Below are positions 58,533 to 64,000 of a stretch of 64,000 nt of DNA, in pieces (the first letter of the stretch is position 1; every line of letters begins with the position of its first letter). The DNA is from an uncultured Verrucomicrobiae bacterium (GTDB lineage: Bacteria; Verrucomicrobiota; Verrucomicrobiia; Chthoniobacterales; JAFAMB01), in NCBI GenBank assembly GCA_963762565.1, contig CAVXLD010000012.1:513697-577696 (forward strand). Direction: 5' to 3'. A model generated the notes under the pieces. The model worked only from the letters and a program-made list of their open reading frames with translations, ran no database searches and was not told the origin of the DNA. A program made the position numbers and the translations under genes.

Positions 58533-61500
58533 CTAGACTGATTCCGCCATTTCCAGATACCCGCACAACGCATTAGCCAGCTCGATCTGCCGCGGAGTTC
58601 GGCACTCAACCTGAAAGAGAGCCGGACTGGCAACGACAACTGCGACACATCTTGCGCGAGAGATCGCAACATTTAGACGGTTCAGGCTGTATAGAAACTC
58701 CATCCCCCTCGGGGCATCTTCAGGGCTCGAGGTCGTCATCGAATAGAAGACAATCGGAGCTTCTTGACCCTGGAATTTGTCCACAGTCCCTACCCTTGCT
58801 CCATCAGGGAGTTGTTTTCGTAGAGCTGCAACCTGCGCATTGTATGGAGCAACCACGAGGATATCGATCAGGGTTAACTTTTGCGTTTGTCCCTTCTTGT
58901 TTGTCCACGTGGTGTTCTTGGGAAGCAGATCCGAGATGAGTGAGGATATCTTAGTGACCTCCTCATTCGACTCACTCTGGTTTCCGGTATGCGCTACCGG
59001 AACCAGTCGAAGTCCGGTCCCGTTCAACGGACCGTCGGTATTAATCCGTTGCCGCTGGTTTTCCGGACGCGGTTTTAGCCGACCCTCATAAAAGACTTCG
59101 GAGGTAAATTCGCAAATGTCCGGATGCAGACGATGTGTCTCCGCTAAGAATAAGCCTTGCCCCGGCCCGATGGTCGCATGACCACGCAAGAGATGATCGA
59201 AAGCAGACCCGTCCGCGCCTGGCGGATGGATTCCTTGCTGAGGTTGATCCAATTGCTGTGGGTCGCCCAATAGCACTAAGCTCTTGGCGGCCTGGGAAGC
59301 TGCCAAAACATCGGCAAAAGACATCTGACCTGCTTCGTCGATGAACAGAACATCGACTGAACTCGCCATTTCGGTGCGTGCCCAAAGCCAGGTTGTTCCG
59401 GCCACGACATTGGTCGCACCGGTATCCAGTGCATCCCGGACAGCTTGATTGTTGTCTACGAGTTTGATCAGTGGATCAACGCATCCATCGGTAGCATCTG
59501 GTTTTTGTAGTACATGAACCGGAACGTTGTTCTGTCGGGCAACCTTGCATACTTCACTCAGGAGATTGCTGATAACTTTGTGGCTGACCGCGGCGACACC
59601 GACCCGATATCCTTGGCTGATCAGTTCGACGATCATTCGCGCACCGGTAAATGTTTTACCGGAACCAGGCGGCCCCTGGACCGGCAACACGGAGGGTTCA
59701 CTCGCTAGAAGGCTCATCATCTGCTTAGCAGCTGAAGTCAGCTGACCTTGATCATCCGTCACGGATTTTAGGCTTCCTGTTAGGAAGGATGGAGGCCACG
59801 CAGTAGCAGATTGCGCGCGGCTCGATACGGGCCGTCCGCATCGATTCCATTCTCAGTAACCCAAGAACCGAGCCTTAGCAGGCTATCGCGTTGGGCATCC
59901 GAACCAATAATATCGAACGGGATTAGAGCTTCCGGATGCGGCACCGCTGACTTGGCGCCTCTTTTAAGATCAATGGTTAGATTGACTTCATCGATCTGGA
60001 CAATTTCTCCGGGATCTCTCTCTGTGCTCGGATCTCGGATGTCGTGCGCTCGATCTAGTGCGTGATCCTGAGCGGGAAACTTGTATCGGTGGATCAACGA
60101 TCGTTTCTCCTGTCCGACCACACCTTCATGTGTCAACCCTCCCAGTGCGCTCTTGTCTTCAAGCAGCTCCTGATCCGATAGATCCAGTAGCCGGAAATAT
60201 TCCCACCAACTCGACTTCTCTTCTCGCCGATGCCATTCCATCATCTGGGCTAGGAGCCACCGAGCGTACTCTTGGTCGGTTAGCTTGGTCGGATCCAGCG
60301 ACAGTCCTTCAACCAATTTGGCGGCAATTGATCGAGCCTGATTAAGCTCTTCCGCTAGATTGTCGCTAGGCTCACCGGTTGTTTGCTCGGGTCGGATCAA
60401 GGCAGCGCCGGTCTTTATCTCGAGCTCATGCCGTCGGGTCTCTAACCAGTCGCGCAATCGCAGAGTCGAAAGGCAGTCGTCGCGATTATAAGCCTCGATC
60501 TTATCAACCACCTCCTTTGCTCTCTCTTTATCTCCGCCCAGTGCCAAAACGCTCTGGAACGTCTGCAAGGCGACAACCGAATCGCGAGCACTGACAGCTC
60601 GCGTAAAGCCATAAAACCCTTCCAGTTTTTTTATCGAATAACTCTCGACCGATGCACGCAGAGATTGACGAACGACCCGATATAAATCGACGAAGATCTT
60701 GGCGCGCAAGAGCTGATCGACCTCGTCAATGCAGGCGCCATGCCTGGCTGCCAAGCGTTTGATCGCTGCGGATTCGTAAGGCGCATAATGGTAGATATGG
60801 AGTCCAGGGTAACGTTTCCATCGTTCTATTACGATCGCGATGAACTGTTCAAATGCCTGTTTCTCTGCGACGGGGTCAAATGACCACAAAGGATGATATT
60901 CAGGCTCTATATCATCGCTGCCTGACAGAAAGACCATACCGATCAGATATTCGATGCCGGTTTCGAAAGCATAATCAGCAGACTCGAAATCGAGGAAAAT
61001 GTCGCCAGGAGATGGCTCTGGTAATGAAGAAAGACCACAACCTTCTTCGGCCAGCAGCAACTCGTAGAAGAGACTATCCTCTGTCCGACCCTTGACCTGT
61101 AACCGGGCCTGATCGCAAATACGTTTCAGCGCAGTATCGCCAATCCGTTCTGGTTTCGGAACCAGAGGCAACGTGACGTTTCCCAGTGCTGTCATGGTGT
61201 CGATATCTCGTGTCACTAACTCTTTGCGTTGTATACGGGTTATACTCGCTACCAACGACAAATGATCATCTCTGTGCCATCGATCGTTGCAGACAGAGAA
61301 CCATTCACAAACGTCACACAGCGACACCGGTTCCGGGTATGTATCTCGTGGACCCGCTGATGCCTGTTCAAAGTCGCGCTTCACCTTGCGGAAATAAGCG
61401 ATGTAGCGCGATACCTTGAACGTTTCCTGGTCGGTGCTACCGCCAAGTACTACATGCATCGATTCGGGTTGAAGACCTTGTATGTTCCCGAGCAGCTCCG

Positions 61501-61930
61501 AATAAAAACAAAGCTGCAGGATCGCTCGTACCTTAGCCGACTTCGCCAGCTTCGTCTCTACGACTTCGTAAGAGAACGAACCGAGCGAACTGGGCTTATC
61601 GACTCGGACGAGAAAGTCCGCACGCCCACCCCAATTCCCATCCTGGAACGTCGCTTGGTAAATCACATCGGCTCCGCTGCGGATTGCATCGGTCGTTCGG
61701 CTAACCGCTTCAGCCCAAGGCAGGTCAGCCGCAATCGAAACGATGGGGCCACGGGTTTCGTTCAGATGGCGCAGGTAAGCGGCCTCATGCCGGCTTCCTA
61801 GTTCTCGCAGCAGATCTACGCCTAAATCGTGGAAGAAAGGTTTTTGAATCCTCCCCGCCGCTTCCTCTCGCTCGAGTGTTAACAGGTGACGGCACTCTAG
61901 GAAGTTTGCTATATCAGTGGCAAAAAACAT
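58533..61930 (-). pseudogene. TM0106-family RecB-like nuclease / RNase H-like / SF1 helicase, split by one frameshift at about 59797 (possibly a sequencing error)
   Basis: GRADFL..YEVVETK, IFLDFE and YSIKKLE; then QGPPGSGKT, DEAGQ, TVDKFQGQE and NRLNVAISRA. Confidence 0.88.
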
Positions 61931-62233
61931 GCGTTTAGCGGAATCGGCCGAAGCCCGCAAAGGATACAACTGCACACGTGATCTTATCGACTCCATTCTT
62001 CAATCTATCGACGGCATAGGACGGTGGCAGTCCTACCTCGGAAAAAGTAGGAACGTTATTACCAAAGAGACACCGAGAATCGAAATACGCCGCAAAAACT
62101 TGTCGCGCAGTAGGCTTGGCGAAGGCGGAAGGCGCAACGATCTCACGCGTAGCAGACTCCATCCCATTAGCTACGCCGGCCAGGGGCGCAAAGCCCCTAA
62201 AAATTAAGACAGAGACGGATCAGCAAGGCACAT

Positions 62234-62566
62234 ATGTATGGACCATTTCACCGCATCAATGATTCGCCTGAAACCGTAAAGAAGATTATCGAATCCGGTG
62301 AACTCTGGGGTCAGTCGCCAAGGAACATCGGCGCTAGCAATTTCCCAAAAGTGAAGGCATACGAGGGCAAACTTCCAGCCGGGCGAATTGGAATCGAGTT
62401 TGAGACGGAAGTAGAGCCAGACGAAGCAACTCCGCCCGGCCAGCCCATGTGGTCGATGGAGTCAGGACACCCGGGCGTCCAGCGGATTGAGGTAGTGGTC
62501 GACGGACGCCTTGAGGAGTACGTGAAAATCAAGGTGCGTCTACTAAGACAAACAGTTATTGTGTAG
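62234..62566 (+). CDS. Hypothetical protein resembling a stand-alone polymorphic-toxin C-terminal domain
   Basis: GPFHR...SGELWG..PR...PKVKAYEGKLP....IEFETEVEPD; tightly paired with the downstream gene. Confidence 0.55.
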   Translation: MYGPFHRINDSPETVKKIIESGELWGQSPRNIGASNFPKVKAYEGKLPAGRIGIEFETEVEPDEATPPGQPMWSMESGHPGVQRIEVVVDGRLEEYVKIKVRLLRQTVIV

Positions 62567-62572
62567 CAGGCT

Positions 62573-62938
62573 ATGCTGAAACCTACTCTACCGATCGAAC
62601 AGGTACCTCTCGGGAAAATGGAGCATGGCTTAGCCCGCGCTGTCGCAAGGCTTGGACTGGAGCCGGCAGAAATCACTAATCGACTAGGATTACGGTTCGA
62701 AAAGGGACAGGACGATTTGGATGATCTGGAAGCAGCGGTTTTTCGCGCCCGGTCTGGTAAGCAGTTCGCCTTGATCCGGCACCGAAACCAGCCCCACCCA
62801 GGTACGGATATCCTGGTTAATGAACGGCTTCCTGATCTAGCCGCCGCTTTGGACGAGGCCCTACAGGCGCTACAATTCAAGCCCAACGATCTCACCTGGA
62901 TTCATCCAAAGGCAACTCTGGCAGTGAAGCACCAGTGA
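62573..62938 (+). CDS. Hypothetical protein, putative immunity (full-length member of a three-copy family)
   Basis: Starts 6 nt after the upstream stop; paralogs at 44098 and 35064. Confidence 0.7.
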   Translation: MLKPTLPIEQVPLGKMEHGLARAVARLGLEPAEITNRLGLRFEKGQDDLDDLEAAVFRARSGKQFALIRHRNQPHPGTDILVNERLPDLAAALDEALQALQFKPNDLTWIHPKATLAVKHQ

Positions 62939-62960
62939 GATCCTAAATCCGATCCCTCGG

Positions 62961-63812
62961 TCACGAAGCAGCTGCCCCGATGCGCGATTCGCCTGCAATG
63001 TCGCTGCTGGCGATAGGAACGCATGGCGGCATTTTCTCGCTGTCCGCAAGTCGTAACCGCGAATTATCATAGGTCGGAAACCATTCACCTGGCCGCTGAT
63101 CCGGAATTGAATCCCGAGTTCGTAGCATCTTCCGCAGCTCCTCTACTTCTTCCAGACAAATCAGAAGATGTCCCTTAAGTCTCGCTGAAATAAACAGGGT
63201 TTGGAGAAGAATCGTTGCCGCAGCTAACCCGAGAGCTGGCAAAGCGATCCAAGGACTGGGTTTCCCCCTTGCCAATGCTTCGCAAATCGGAACTAAACTT
63301 GAAAAGGAGGCACCTCCGGCGACAATGGCTAGCGCAGCGGACGCTTTCTCTCTAACTTCGATCTCCCCTTTCAACCGCCGCCCAATGGCGGAAACCTCAA
63401 GATGAACGTCCTTTGCCAGGGCTTCGACAAAGGCTCTGTCGCGATCGTAGGACCCACCGGCGGCTGCAAAGAGATCGTCTCCCCATCGGAAAAGGACCTT
63501 CCAGAGGCTCGGGAAGCCAGCTGATGCCAGAAAAAGCATGCCGACACACCACCACGTTATGAGGACAATCCCGATCACCTCCGCACGCGAGCCAGGCGAG
63601 CTCTTAATATACCTAAAACAGGGATAGAAAAGCGGGATCTCAGAAAGCAGAATCATACAGCCCGCAACCAAGCGGCCAAACCCCTGATCCATGAGCTCGA
63701 ACCAGCCTTTGTGCTCAGGAGATTTCTTTATCTTCTGTCGCCTCTCCTTTTTGTGCTCTTTCCATCGGACTAAAACTTCGACACACTGATCCTTCAGCGG
63801 GAGTGGTTCCAT
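62961..63812 (-). CDS. Hypothetical membrane protein
   Basis: 283-aa ORF with about four hydrophobic segments. Confidence 0.55.
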   Translation of the reverse strand: MEPLPLKDQCVEVLVRWKEHKKERRQKIKKSPEHKGWFELMDQGFGRLVAGCMILLSEIPLFYPCFRYIKSSPGSRAEVIGIVLITWWCVGMLFLASAGFPSLWKVLFRWGDDLFAAAGGSYDRDRAFVEALAKDVHLEVSAIGRRLKGEIEVREKASAALAIVAGGASFSSLVPICEALARGKPSPWIALPALGLAAATILLQTLFISARLKGHLLICLEEVEELRKMLRTRDSIPDQRPGEWFPTYDNSRLRLADSEKMPPCVPIASSDIAGESRIGAAAS

Positions 63813-64000
63813 TTTCTATTTTTGGTCGTCATTAACTTGCAGTTAGGCAGCCGGTTAAACCAGACGTTGCCCAACCCACATTGAAACTCCTATCAAAAGC
63901 TGACGCTAACATGGGCTAGCGTCCCGGTGCGGAGATAACCGGTCCGTTTGACACTGCAATTCTCAAACTGCCAAGTATCGTCGACGGTTTGGGGAGAGGG

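Noticed and set aside
1..64000. CRISPR array or cas genes
   Set aside because: No regularly spaced direct repeats with unique spacers. The TM0106 RecB-like domain is not in a cas context.
1..64000. tRNA or rRNA genes
   Set aside because: No cloverleaf with T-loop/CCA or rRNA-like conserved blocks were recognised.

Overview
Bacterial DNA, probably from a soil Verrucomicrobiota (Chthoniobacterales-like) genome. This is inferred from the zinc-ribbon Ser/Thr kinase, the DUF4032-like small protein, the RAYT type and the intergenic repeat style. The left half (1-28 kb) is mostly metabolic or housekeeping-like genes: Kdo hydroxylase, YheT-like hydrolase, YVTN beta-propeller, DisA_N/DAC protein, DUF350-lipoprotein-Gsp-synthase operon, GH31 plus MFS, FAD monooxygenase and PPK2/PAP. 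These are separated by nested, modular palindromic repeats and one TA-targeting MITE that sits inside a stop codon. The right half (28-64 kb) is an accessory/defence region with four toxin-antitoxin modules, a Trypco-like plus trypsin-ATPase-TPR pair, an MTase-HNH fusion, a GHKL-ATPase operon next to Dcm/Vsr, a TM0106 nuclease-helicase and a putative toxin-immunity pair. The most striking feature is a REP-associated tyrosine (HUH/Y1) transposase present as one intact gene and five broken copies. About 20 copies of its flanking motif (AGACGYGACCC / YGACCTGTCCC) mark the boundaries of cargo genes, gene fragments and mini-elements, giving an integron-like cassette layout with no integrase. Several single-base frameshifts may be sequencing errors. 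No rRNA, tRNA or CRISPR array was seen. All family assignments come from motif recognition by eye, not from database searches.
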